A stretch of DNA of 64,000 bases from Patescibacteria group bacterium. GTDB lineage: Bacteria; Patescibacteriota; Minisyncoccia; Phycocordibacterales; Phycocordibacteraceae. Both the position numbers and the translations under genes were made by a program. Below, in pieces: positions 56,643 through 64,000 of the stretch. How positions within the stretch are numbered: the stretch's first letter is position 1; every line of letters starts with the position of its first letter. The DNA lies in assembly GCA_019744845.1 (NCBI GenBank), contig JAIETW010000001.1, positions 12,623 through 76,622 on the forward strand. The letters are read 5' to 3'. A model generated the notes under the pieces. It was not told the origin of the DNA and made no database searches. It saw nothing but the letters and a program-made list of their open reading frames with translations.

Positions 56643-57173
56643 TTATCGTGCAAGCACAAACAACCCAATAAGCGGTGCAATAAACCACCAAAAGAAGAAC
56701 CCTTCAGGAGCAAACAACTGATCAAGAGGTTGCGAGAACTGATAGATGTTGCTGATATCAAAGACGTGATACCCAAGCACCAGCAAAAACGCGGCGGCCA
56801 AAAATGAAAGAATAAGGTTCGGAATAAACGTAAGTGAGCCGAATCCCCCACCCGTAAGCCGGCGGATAACAATGAATGGCAGAAAGGTTGCAGCCCCAAA
56901 GATCAGAAGACTGAGTATGGCTTTTACTGGCGAGGTGCCTCCCATGGCAACTATGAAGTCGGTATACGGGAATACTACGTAGATGGCGTAGCCTGCGTAG
57001 AGTGCAAGAATGAATGAGATCAAACCACTTCTGCCTCCCTTCATTGCGAAGAAGAGGAAAATTACTGTTAGAACGATGAGGGCAAGGAAGTTACCCGTCC
57101 ACAGCCATGCATTCTCGGTAATGGTAGTAGCGAGCTGCTGACTCTGCGCAAGTACGTCTACAGAAAGATCCAT
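56643..57173 (-). CDS. hypothetical polytopic membrane protein (about 5 TM)
   Basis: 176 aa, multiple hydrophobic helices. Begins 4 nt after the fba stop. Confidence 0.5.
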   Translation of the reverse strand: MDLSVDVLAQSQQLATTITENAWLWTGNFLALIVLTVIFLFFAMKGGRSGLISFILALYAGYAIYVVFPYTDFIVAMGGTSPVKAILSLLIFGAATFLPFIVIRRLTGGGFGSLTFIPNLILSFLAAAFLLVLGYHVFDISNIYQFSQPLDQLFAPEGFFFWWFIAPLIGLFVLAR

Positions 57174-57176
57174 TGA

Positions 57177-58190
57177 TTAGGAGCCTAGTGAGGCTTCAAG
57201 TTCAGGAGAGTACTGACCCAAGCTCGCAAGACCATTCATCTTTGCGCGATGCAGGACTACCTTTTGTGCGGCAGCCACATTCTCATCTTTTCCTGCCCAA
57301 GTGGAAAGTGCGGTGCTGACCAGTGCGCGACCATACGAGAAGCTCAGTTTCCATGGGAACGGGCCCATCTTTGCAATGGCGTTTAGGTTAGCGGCTGCCT
57401 CTTCGTCAGACTGTCCTCCAGAAAGAAACGTTTGCCCAGGCAATGTATCAGGAAGCGTCTTTTTAAAGACTGCAACTGTTTCTGCAGCAACTTCTTCAGG
57501 TGATGCCGTGCGTTCAGCTTTACCAGGAAGCACCATGCTGGTTTTAAGGATAATGCCATCAAGTGCGACACCTGCGGCAGCAAGCTCTTTGAACAAGGCG
57601 GTGAGAATACGAGTACTTGCGTCACGAGCTGCATCAATGCTGTGTGAGCCGTCCATAAGTACTTCTGGCTCTACCATTGGTACCAGACCTGCTGCCTGAC
57701 AAAGGCGCGCATATTCTGCAAGGCGTTTTGCGTTCTCTTCTATATTGGCGTCAGTAGGAAGACCTTCTCCAATTGCGATGACTGCACGCCACTTACAGAA
57801 CTTTGCACCTATCTGCGCGTACTCCTGTAGGCGCTCAGGAAGCCCCTCGAGGCCTTTGGTGAGCTTTTCTTCTGGAGATCCAGGCATTTCCTCAAGGCCC
57901 ATATCTACCTTAATTCCCGGTAGTATGCCGGCAGCATCAAGTACAGACACAAAGGCCCGTCCGTCCTTCGTACTCTGACGGAGCGTCTCATCGTACAAAA
58001 TAATTCCAGAAATATGTTCCTGGAGATTTGGTGCAGTAATGAGCACCTCTCTATATGCACGACGGCTTTCTTCGGAATTTGCAACACCTACTGCTTCCAA
58101 TCGTTTTGCGATGGTAGTAGTACTTTCATCTGCAGCGAGAATTCCCTTTCCTGGTGCGACCATTGCGCGTGCAATTTCAGATAGCGTCAT
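57177..58190 (-). CDS. fba: fructose-bisphosphate aldolase, class I
   Basis: 'GKGILAADESTTTIAKR', the classic class I aldolase N-terminus, TIM-barrel length. Confidence 0.85.
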   Translation of the reverse strand: MTLSEIARAMVAPGKGILAADESTTTIAKRLEAVGVANSEESRRAYREVLITAPNLQEHISGIILYDETLRQSTKDGRAFVSVLDAAGILPGIKVDMGLEEMPGSPEEKLTKGLEGLPERLQEYAQIGAKFCKWRAVIAIGEGLPTDANIEENAKRLAEYARLCQAAGLVPMVEPEVLMDGSHSIDAARDASTRILTALFKELAAAGVALDGIILKTSMVLPGKAERTASPEEVAAETVAVFKKTLPDTLPGQTFLSGGQSDEEAAANLNAIAKMGPFPWKLSFSYGRALVSTALSTWAGKDENVAAAQKVVLHRAKMNGLASLGQYSPELEASLGS

Positions 58191-58245
58191 GAAAATATAT
58201 TAGTTGTCCTAGAAGTATAGAACACACCCCTAAATGAGCAACCAA

Positions 58246-59310
58246 CTACAACCCCTCGCTCTTCAACTCCTCAATCGCCTTCTTGGCCTTAGACGAAAGC
58301 TTCTTTGGAAGCGCGGCCGAGAGACGGATCAAAAGATCCCCCGAGTTCCCCTGTATGGTGACCCCCTTGCCGCGAAGACGAAGAATCTCTTCTGGCTTAC
58401 TCATCTGAGGAACCTTCACCTCAAGTGTCTTGTCATCAATAGTCGTGATAGAGACGGTGGTGCCAAGAAGGGCATCGGTGAGCTTCACCGGGAGATCCAT
58501 CACAAGGTTCAGCCCTTCTTTTCGGAAGGTGGCATGTGGCTTCACATGAATCTTCACATAGAGATCTCCGGACGCCCCATTCTTAATCGCCTCTCCCATT
58601 CCTGGCATACGCATCATCTCTCCGCCATCTACTCCTGCAGGAATAGCAACATTGATCTCCTCTTCCTTACGAAGCACACCATGTCCTGCACAGGTGGCAC
58701 ACTTTTCTTTCGGTACCTTACCTGCCCCTTCACATGCAGAACAGGTGCGCACACTGCTGAATGGACCCATGACGGTGTTACGAGTCTCACGCACACGGCC
58801 CTGACCATTACAGGTCTTACAGTCCTCCATGTCGGTTCCCGGCTTTGCTCCGGTACCGGTACAGGTATCACACTTCCCTATCTTGGTGATAAGGACTGAA
58901 CGCTTTGCACCAAACACCGATTCCTTGAATGTGATCTCTACATCAATGGAGATGTCACGGCCACGGCGTACGCGCCGACCTCCGCCTCCTCCCATGATGT
59001 CGCCAAAGAGATCAGAAATATCAAACTCTACGCCCCCACCAAATCCCTGGAACTGAGAGAAATCAAAACCCTGACCACCAAAGCCACTCTGTGGGCCACC
59101 TCCTGCAAAGGTCTGACCATAGGAATCGTACTCACGACGACGCTTCTCATCCGAAAGGATGCTGTATGCCTCAGTGATTTCCTTGAACTTTGCTTCGTCC
59201 CCTCCTTTATCAGGATGGTGCTTCTGCGCAAGCTTACGGAAGGCCTTCTTGATATCCTCCTTTGTTGCTTTCTTTTCTACTCCAAGGACGTCGTAGTAAT
59301 TCTTTGCCAT
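58246..59310 (-). CDS. dnaJ: chaperone DnaJ
   Basis: J-domain 'YYDVLGV...HHPDK', G/F region, four CxxCxGxG zinc-finger repeats. Confidence 0.9.
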   Translation of the reverse strand: MAKNYYDVLGVEKKATKEDIKKAFRKLAQKHHPDKGGDEAKFKEITEAYSILSDEKRRREYDSYGQTFAGGGPQSGFGGQGFDFSQFQGFGGGVEFDISDLFGDIMGGGGGRRVRRGRDISIDVEITFKESVFGAKRSVLITKIGKCDTCTGTGAKPGTDMEDCKTCNGQGRVRETRNTVMGPFSSVRTCSACEGAGKVPKEKCATCAGHGVLRKEEEINVAIPAGVDGGEMMRMPGMGEAIKNGASGDLYVKIHVKPHATFRKEGLNLVMDLPVKLTDALLGTTVSITTIDDKTLEVKVPQMSKPEEILRLRGKGVTIQGNSGDLLIRLSAALPKKLSSKAKKAIEELKSEGL

Positions 59311-59330
59311 AAGTAGCGGGTACTATATCA

Positions 59331-59362
59331 AAGAAAAAAGAATCCCGCATAACGCGGGATTC
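59331..59362 (-). terminator. intrinsic terminator/attenuator hairpin between dnaK and dnaJ (minus strand)
   Basis: Minus-strand reading: gaatcccgc-gttat-gcgggattc followed by TTTTTTCTTT. Confidence 0.65.
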
Positions 59363-59369
59363 AGTTCTC

Positions 59370-61250
59370 TTATTCCTTTGGCTTCTCGGTAAACTCTGCG
59401 TCCGTTGCTCCCGCTTCAGGTGGTGGAGTCTGCGCTCCTGCCTGCTGCTCTTTCATCATTGCTTCTCCAATCTTCTGCATAGAGGCAGACAATGCTTCAG
59501 AAGCTGACTTGATTGCGCCTGCGTCCTCACCATCCTTTACTTTGCGAAGTGCTTCAATCTTCTCATTCACATCAGCAACGACATCCGCACCTGCCTTCTC
59601 CCCATTCTCCTTCACCGCTTTCTCAGCAGCATAGATCATCTGTTCCGCAAGGTTCTTTACTTCTACCGTTTCCTTACGCTTTGCGTCTTCTGCAGCATGC
59701 ATCTCTGCATCCTTCTGCATCTTATCTATGTCTTCCTTTGAAAGACCGGTAGAGCCCTCAATGCGGATAGACTGCTCCTTGCCTGTGGTTTTCTCCTTCG
59801 CCTTTACGGTAAGGATACCGTTAGAGTCCACATCAAAGGTAACTTCTACTTGCGGCATCCCGCGTGGTGCGGGAGGAATACCATCAAGATTAAAGCGGCC
59901 AAGTGACTTGTTATCTGCCGCCATGGCGCGCTCTCCCTGCACCACGTGAATCTCTACTGACGGCTGATTATCAGATGCGGTAGAGAAGGTCTGTGAGCGA
60001 GTGGTAGGAACTGCGGTATTGCGCTCCACAAGTTTGGTTGCGACACCTCCCATGGTCTCAATAGAAAGAGAAAGAGGAATCACATCCACGAGAAGAATAT
60101 CCTTCACGTCTCCCTGGAAAATACCTGCCTGTACTGCAGCACCAATAGCGACCACTTCATCTGGATTCACATCACGGTGTGGATCCCTCCCAAAGAGCTT
60201 CTTCACCTCTTCTTGAATCTTCGGCATGCGGGTCTGACCACCGACAAGAATGACTTCTTCTACATCGGATGCCTTCATGCCTGCAGCTTCAAGCGCGCGC
60301 TTCGTAATATCAATGGAGCGAGTGACGTACTCCTCAGCAAGAGACTCAAGTGTTGCGCGAGAGATCTTCACGAGAAGGTGTTGTGGCGTCCCTTCCGCAT
60401 CTACAGTGATAAACGGAATGTTTGCCTCGGTCTCATTTGCGGAAGAAAGCTCCACCTTTGCTTTTTCTGCAGCCTCATCAAGACGTTGAAGCGCAAGCGG
60501 ATCCTTCGTCACATCAATTCCTGTCTGCTTCTTAAATTCGTCGGCAAGATAGCGGACAATCTTCTGGTCAATATCGCGACCCCCCATGTGTGAGTCACCA
60601 TCGGTAGACTTCACCTCAATCACGTCATCGCCCACTTCAAGAATAGAGACGTCAAAGGTTCCTCCTCCGAAGTCAAAGACGGCAATCTGCTGGTCCTTCT
60701 TTTTCGTAAAGCCATACGCAAGTGCTGCAGCAGTCGGCTCGTTAATGATGCGCTTCACATCAAGTCCTGCAATCTGTCCGGCTGCCTTGGTGGCTGCGCG
60801 CTGTGAGTCATCAAAGTACGCAGGAACCGTGATGATAGCTTCAGTGATCTTCTCACCAAGCTTTGCTTCCGCATCTGCCTTAAGCTTAGACAGAATCATT
60901 GCAGAGATCTCTTCCGGACGATAATCCTTGTCGCCAAGACGCACCGTGACGCCACCTCCGTCTCCTGACTTAATCTCGTACGGCACAATGCCCTTATCCT
61001 TCTGTACCACCTCGTCTTCAAAGCGGTGGCCCATGAAGCGCTTAATACCGTAGACGGTATTCTTTGGGTTCGTGATGGCCTGGCGCTTTGCAAGCGTGCC
61101 GACGAGGCGTTCTCCGTTCTTTGCAATCGCCACCACCGATGGTGTCGTGCGGCCTCCTTCTGCATTCTCCAATACACGTGGCTCGCCACCCTCCATGATG
61201 GCCATAGCTGAGTTGGTCGTTCCAAGATCGATACCGAGTATCTTTGCCAT
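59370..61250 (-). CDS. dnaK: chaperone DnaK (Hsp70)
   Basis: '[11 protein letters not shown]', 'DLGGGTFD', 626 aa. Confidence 0.95.
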   Translation of the reverse strand: MAKILGIDLGTTNSAMAIMEGGEPRVLENAEGGRTTPSVVAIAKNGERLVGTLAKRQAITNPKNTVYGIKRFMGHRFEDEVVQKDKGIVPYEIKSGDGGGVTVRLGDKDYRPEEISAMILSKLKADAEAKLGEKITEAIITVPAYFDDSQRAATKAAGQIAGLDVKRIINEPTAAALAYGFTKKKDQQIAVFDFGGGTFDVSILEVGDDVIEVKSTDGDSHMGGRDIDQKIVRYLADEFKKQTGIDVTKDPLALQRLDEAAEKAKVELSSANETEANIPFITVDAEGTPQHLLVKISRATLESLAEEYVTRSIDITKRALEAAGMKASDVEEVILVGGQTRMPKIQEEVKKLFGRDPHRDVNPDEVVAIGAAVQAGIFQGDVKDILLVDVIPLSLSIETMGGVATKLVERNTAVPTTRSQTFSTASDNQPSVEIHVVQGERAMAADNKSLGRFNLDGIPPAPRGMPQVEVTFDVDSNGILTVKAKEKTTGKEQSIRIEGSTGLSKEDIDKMQKDAEMHAAEDAKRKETVEVKNLAEQMIYAAEKAVKENGEKAGADVVADVNEKIEALRKVKDGEDAGAIKSASEALSASMQKIGEAMMKEQQAGAQTPPPEAGATDAEFTEKPKE

Positions 61251-61313
61251 ATACGCTCTATAGGTGATTAGACGTTAATAAAAGGTGAACCCTTTTTCAG
61301 CCCTTATCTACTC

Positions 61314-61342
61314 AGTTTACACCCGTCTATTTTTGGGTTCAA
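61314..61342 (-). promoter_or_regulatory. candidate sigma70-type promoter for dnaK (minus strand: TTGAAC, 17 bp spacer, TAAACT)
   Basis: Read on the reverse complement. Sits about 65 nt upstream of the dnaK ATG, in the region divergent from csp. Confidence 0.3.
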
Positions 61343-61479
61343 GTCGGGCCTATCTTTTCTTGCTTTTTCATGATACTGTTTCCTTATCAATCGCAGTGCT
61401 GGGGCCGAGGGGCAGTCGAAGTCTCCTTGTTCAGCTTACTGCACTTGATCTTTATCAGGTGCAATTGCAGAAACCTTAC

Positions 61480-61683
61480 ATGCAGACTGGAACTATCGCC
61501 GGTTTGACTGACAAGGGCTTCGGTTTTATCAAGTACGAAGGTGCGGAGAAGGATCTCTTCTTCCACTCACAGGGCTTGGTAGACGTAGCTTTTGACGACC
61601 TAAAGGTCGGCGACGCAGTGTCGTTTGAAGTCGAACAGGCAGAGAAGGGCCCTCGCGCGATTAACGTCCGCTTGGTAGCCTAA
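61480..61683 (+). CDS. cspA: cold-shock protein (CspA family)
   Basis: 'MQTGTIAGLTDKGFGFIKYEGAEKDLFFH'. 67 aa from the internal Met. The long upstream region is typical of a csp 5'UTR. Confidence 0.9.
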   Translation: MQTGTIAGLTDKGFGFIKYEGAEKDLFFHSQGLVDVAFDDLKVGDAVSFEVEQAEKGPRAINVRLVA

Positions 61684-61697
61684 CTCCAAAACGAATG

Positions 61698-61720
61698 AAC
61701 GCCCCTTCGGGGGCGTTTTT
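61698..61720. terminator. bidirectional intrinsic terminator between convergent csp and grpE
   Basis: aacgcccc-ttcg-ggggcgtt followed by TTT. A-rich upstream arm serves the minus strand. Confidence 0.75.
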
Positions 61721-61726
61721 CGTTAT

Positions 61727-62296
61727 CTATCCTTCAAAATGTGCCACTCGCACCTTGGCGGGACGTACCACTGACTCCTTAGACTTCCATCCTGTCTCAA
61801 GGACGACGGTCACCGTGTCATCTTTATCCGCTGAAGGCGCAGGGTCCTGACCGAGTGCCTCGTGCATATTGGGATCAAAGGTTTCTCCTATCTTTCCAAT
61901 CTTCTCAAGACCGAGTGCACGAGCAGCGTCATGGAGCTGCTTTGCAATGCCCTTGAAGGTTTCCGGTACTTCGCCTGCTGCTTCTGCACGCTCAAGAGAA
62001 TCAATCGCAGGGAGGAATGCCTGTACACTTACCACCTTTCCAAGCTCAATGGCGCCCACCTTCTCTGACTCAAAGCGCTTCAACGCATTTACATAGTCTG
62101 CCTTTGCACGCTGCCAGCCATCAAGGTATTCCTGTTTTTCGGCTTTTACTTGATCAAGCTCTTTCTTGAGTTTGGTCACCTTCGCATCCACGCGAGACTC
62201 CAGAGCATCAAGCTCCTCTTCGCTTCCACCTTCGGAAAGTTCGTCTGGTTCAATTACGACATCGTCGTTATTCATATAGAGAATATGCCTGAACAA
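61727..62296 (-). CDS. grpE: nucleotide exchange factor GrpE
   Basis: Long N-terminal helix and C-terminal beta-domain. 189 aa. Confidence 0.85.
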   Translation of the reverse strand: MFRHILYMNNDDVVIEPDELSEGGSEEELDALESRVDAKVTKLKKELDQVKAEKQEYLDGWQRAKADYVNALKRFESEKVGAIELGKVVSVQAFLPAIDSLERAEAAGEVPETFKGIAKQLHDAARALGLEKIGKIGETFDPNMHEALGQDPAPSADKDDTVTVVLETGWKSKESVVRPAKVRVAHFEG

Positions 62297-62313
62297 ACAA
62301 ACAGAGTCAAAAG

Positions 62314-63780
62314 TTAGTCGTACGCCCGCTCCTCAGTACGTGACTTCTTTACCTCTTCCATACGACCCTCATCAATGTCACCAGTCACATACCAACCATC
62401 TAGGTACGGCATAGAAAGACGATCAATCTCGTGTTCACCACGACGAAGGATGGCTTCAGAGAGTCCATCAATGGTCTGGTAGACCATGATATCGGCACCA
62501 ATGAAGTCACGAATCTCATCAGGACTCTTTTTGGCAGCAATGAGTTCATCCTTGGTAGGAATATCAATACCGTAGAAGTCAGGGTACATAATTGGAGGAC
62601 ACGCAGAGGCAAAGTACACCTTACGAGCGCCAGCTTTACGGACCATATCAATCACTTCACGAGTGGTAGTGCCTCGGACAATAGAGTCGTCAACGAGAAG
62701 TACATCCTTTCCTTCAAGCTCAATGGCCTGAGGAGACAGCTTGCGACGTACTGACTTCGCGCGGTTGTCCTGTCCCGGCATGATGAAGGTACGGCCGATA
62801 AAGATGTTGCGGTAGAGCGCTTCGGAGTAGCGAACACCAATCTCGTGGGCAAACGCGAGTGCAATAGGGTTAGACGTAAATGGTACAGGCACCACAAGAT
62901 CTGGAGTGACGTCAGGATGGAGCTCCTTCCAACGAGCCGCAAGATTCTGTCCCATGCGAAGACGAGCACGATACACGGAGACGTTGTTCAACACGGCGTC
63001 AGGACGAGCGAAGTATACGTATTCAAAGACGTCAGGAGTAAACTCACGGTCCACAATCTTCTTGCGCTGCATTTTTCCATCCGTAGTCACAAAGATAAGC
63101 TCACCCGCCCCCACGTCCCCTGCATATTCATAGCCAAGTGGAGTAAACGGAGTGTTCTCTGACGCAAAGACATAATCCTTTCCTCCCTCTCCATTACGCT
63201 CCCCCATCACGAGAGGACGAATACCGTTTGGGTCACGGAATGCCACAAGTCCCTTTCCAGCAATCACGGCAACCACTGCATATCCTCCACGAACACGTGC
63301 ATACACCTTCTCCATCGCGGCAGACAAGGTGTCAAAGAAATCATCTGACTGTCCAGCCTTTTCTATCTCAGTGGCAAGCACACCAAGGAGGGCCTCGGTA
63401 TCAGAGTCAGAATTGCAATGGAAATGATCCTGCTCCTGGAGCTCTTTGCGAAGCTCAGGATAGTTGGTGAGATTTCCGTTATGGACGAGCGCAATACCGT
63501 ACGCAGAGTTCGTAATAAATGGCTGCGCGTTCCCTACGTTATGTGCAGAACCCGCCGTAGAGTAGCGGGTTTGTCCGATGCCTATGTTGCCGACGAGCTC
63601 ATCAAAGGATGCCTGGTTGTATGCCTCGCGGACGTAGCCGACACCGCGTACGACATGGAAGCGACCGTTGAAGGTGGCGATACCTGTTGAATCCTGCCCC
63701 CGGTGCTGGAGGTTGATGAGGCCTTCATATAGTTCTCCCGAGACAGGCTTGCGGGAAGAAATACCAATGACGCCACACAT
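62314..63780 (-). CDS. purF: amidophosphoribosyltransferase
   Basis: N-terminal nucleophile 'MCGVIGI', 'HRGQDSTGI', C-terminal PRTase motif 'VLLVDDSIVRGTT'. Confidence 0.9.
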   Translation of the reverse strand: MCGVIGISSRKPVSGELYEGLINLQHRGQDSTGIATFNGRFHVVRGVGYVREAYNQASFDELVGNIGIGQTRYSTAGSAHNVGNAQPFITNSAYGIALVHNGNLTNYPELRKELQEQDHFHCNSDSDTEALLGVLATEIEKAGQSDDFFDTLSAAMEKVYARVRGGYAVVAVIAGKGLVAFRDPNGIRPLVMGERNGEGGKDYVFASENTPFTPLGYEYAGDVGAGELIFVTTDGKMQRKKIVDREFTPDVFEYVYFARPDAVLNNVSVYRARLRMGQNLAARWKELHPDVTPDLVVPVPFTSNPIALAFAHEIGVRYSEALYRNIFIGRTFIMPGQDNRAKSVRRKLSPQAIELEGKDVLLVDDSIVRGTTTREVIDMVRKAGARKVYFASACPPIMYPDFYGIDIPTKDELIAAKKSPDEIRDFIGADIMVYQTIDGLSEAILRRGEHEIDRLSMPYLDGWYVTGDIDEGRMEEVKKSRTEERAYD

Positions 63781-63803
63781 GGTGTTATATCAGGAGTATA
63801 GCA

Positions 63804-64000
63804 CTATTTATTCCGTGCGTCTTTCCAGGCCTCGTCAATAAGGTTCTCATACATCTTGAGTGAATTCTCTGTAAGCCACTTTTTACAAAAGCCATCTAAG
63901 AACCGTTTTGCCGCATCAAGATTGTAGTACGCAAGCGACAAACCAGCAGGATCCTCGCCGTCTCTTTTTATTAGATTTTCTAGGTCACCGATCACGAAAT
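63804..64000 (-). CDS. hypothetical protein, 3' fragment (gene continues beyond the window end)
   Basis: Open frame on the minus strand reaches the window edge. No motif. Confidence 0.3.
   Translation of the reverse strand, partial: FVIGDLENLIKRDGEDPAGLSLAYYNLDAAKRFLDGFCKKWLTENSLKMYENLIDEAWKDARNK

Noticed and set aside
61251-61479. CIRCE/HrcA operator upstream of dnaK
   Set aside because: No TTAGCACTC-N9-GAGTGCTAA-like inverted repeat in this region.
1-64000. CRISPR arrays, IS elements, integrases, prophage genes
   Set aside because: No regularly spaced repeats, transposase/integrase-like ORFs or phage structural genes found on either strand. The only repeats are the 16-bp pair upstream of mraZ and short palindromes.

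Overview
This 64-kb window is almost entirely chromosomal housekeeping sequence from a bacterium with a small, gene-dense genome, at roughly 90% coding density. Gene content (class I LysRS, archaeal-type short Asp/Asn-tRNA synthetase, class I aldolase, many small unknown proteins) suggests a Patescibacteria/Saccharibacteria-like organism, but this is inference only. I found no CRISPR array, transposase, integrase or rRNA gene.

Supported content:
- Cell envelope and division: mreB-mreC-mreD-like-PBP2 on the plus strand (1050-4780). A partial dcw block mraZ-rsmH-ftsL-like-ftsI-murF (7853-12553). A second, inverted dcw fragment murG-ftsW-mraY plus a D-Ala-D-Ala carboxypeptidase (39663-43957). 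Also uppP, scpA/scpB and an EnvC-like M23 peptidase.
- Translation: seven aminoacyl-tRNA synthetases (partial proS, class I lysK, cysS, gltX, Asp/Asn-RS, trpS, tyrS) and ribosomal proteins L21, L9 and L27. tRNA-Glu(CUC) lies at 12595-12669 and tRNA-Tyr(GUA) at 50614-50696, next to tyrS.
- DNA metabolism and stress: recR, dnaB, radC, rmuC, an AlkA-like glycosylase and a DEDDh exonuclease; grpE, dnaK and dnaJ with a cold-shock gene on the opposite strand between grpE and dnaK; greA.
- Metabolism: prs, purF, class I fba, HIT, RdgB, NIF3-like, LOG-family and a P-type ATPase.
- Other: a 7TM sensor kinase with no adjacent response regulator.
- Regulatory and terminator signals: seven intrinsic terminators readable directly, three of them bidirectional at convergent junctions, and a TGGGA direct-repeat array upstream of mraZ that resembles an MraZ operator.

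Uncharacterised candidates worth a second look:
- A tandem pair of paralogous proteins, each with two sigma-70 region-4-like HTH segments (20229-22129).
- An eight-ORF plus-strand block carrying an Ada-like-domain membrane protein, a DEDDh exonuclease, LOG, three unknown proteins and two TM micropeptides, one overlapping its neighbour in a TAATG junction (28594-32240).
- A 285-bp structured spacer between convergent genes (32241-32524).
- A TspO-cupin-TspO triad (35553-36906).
- A block of unknown membrane and cysteine-rich proteins upstream of the orphan kinase (54680-57173).

No homology search, tRNA scan or RNA folding could be run, so all family assignments rest on motif recognition by eye. 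Features given with two coordinate sets: the first is the revised gene call, the second the original track ORF.
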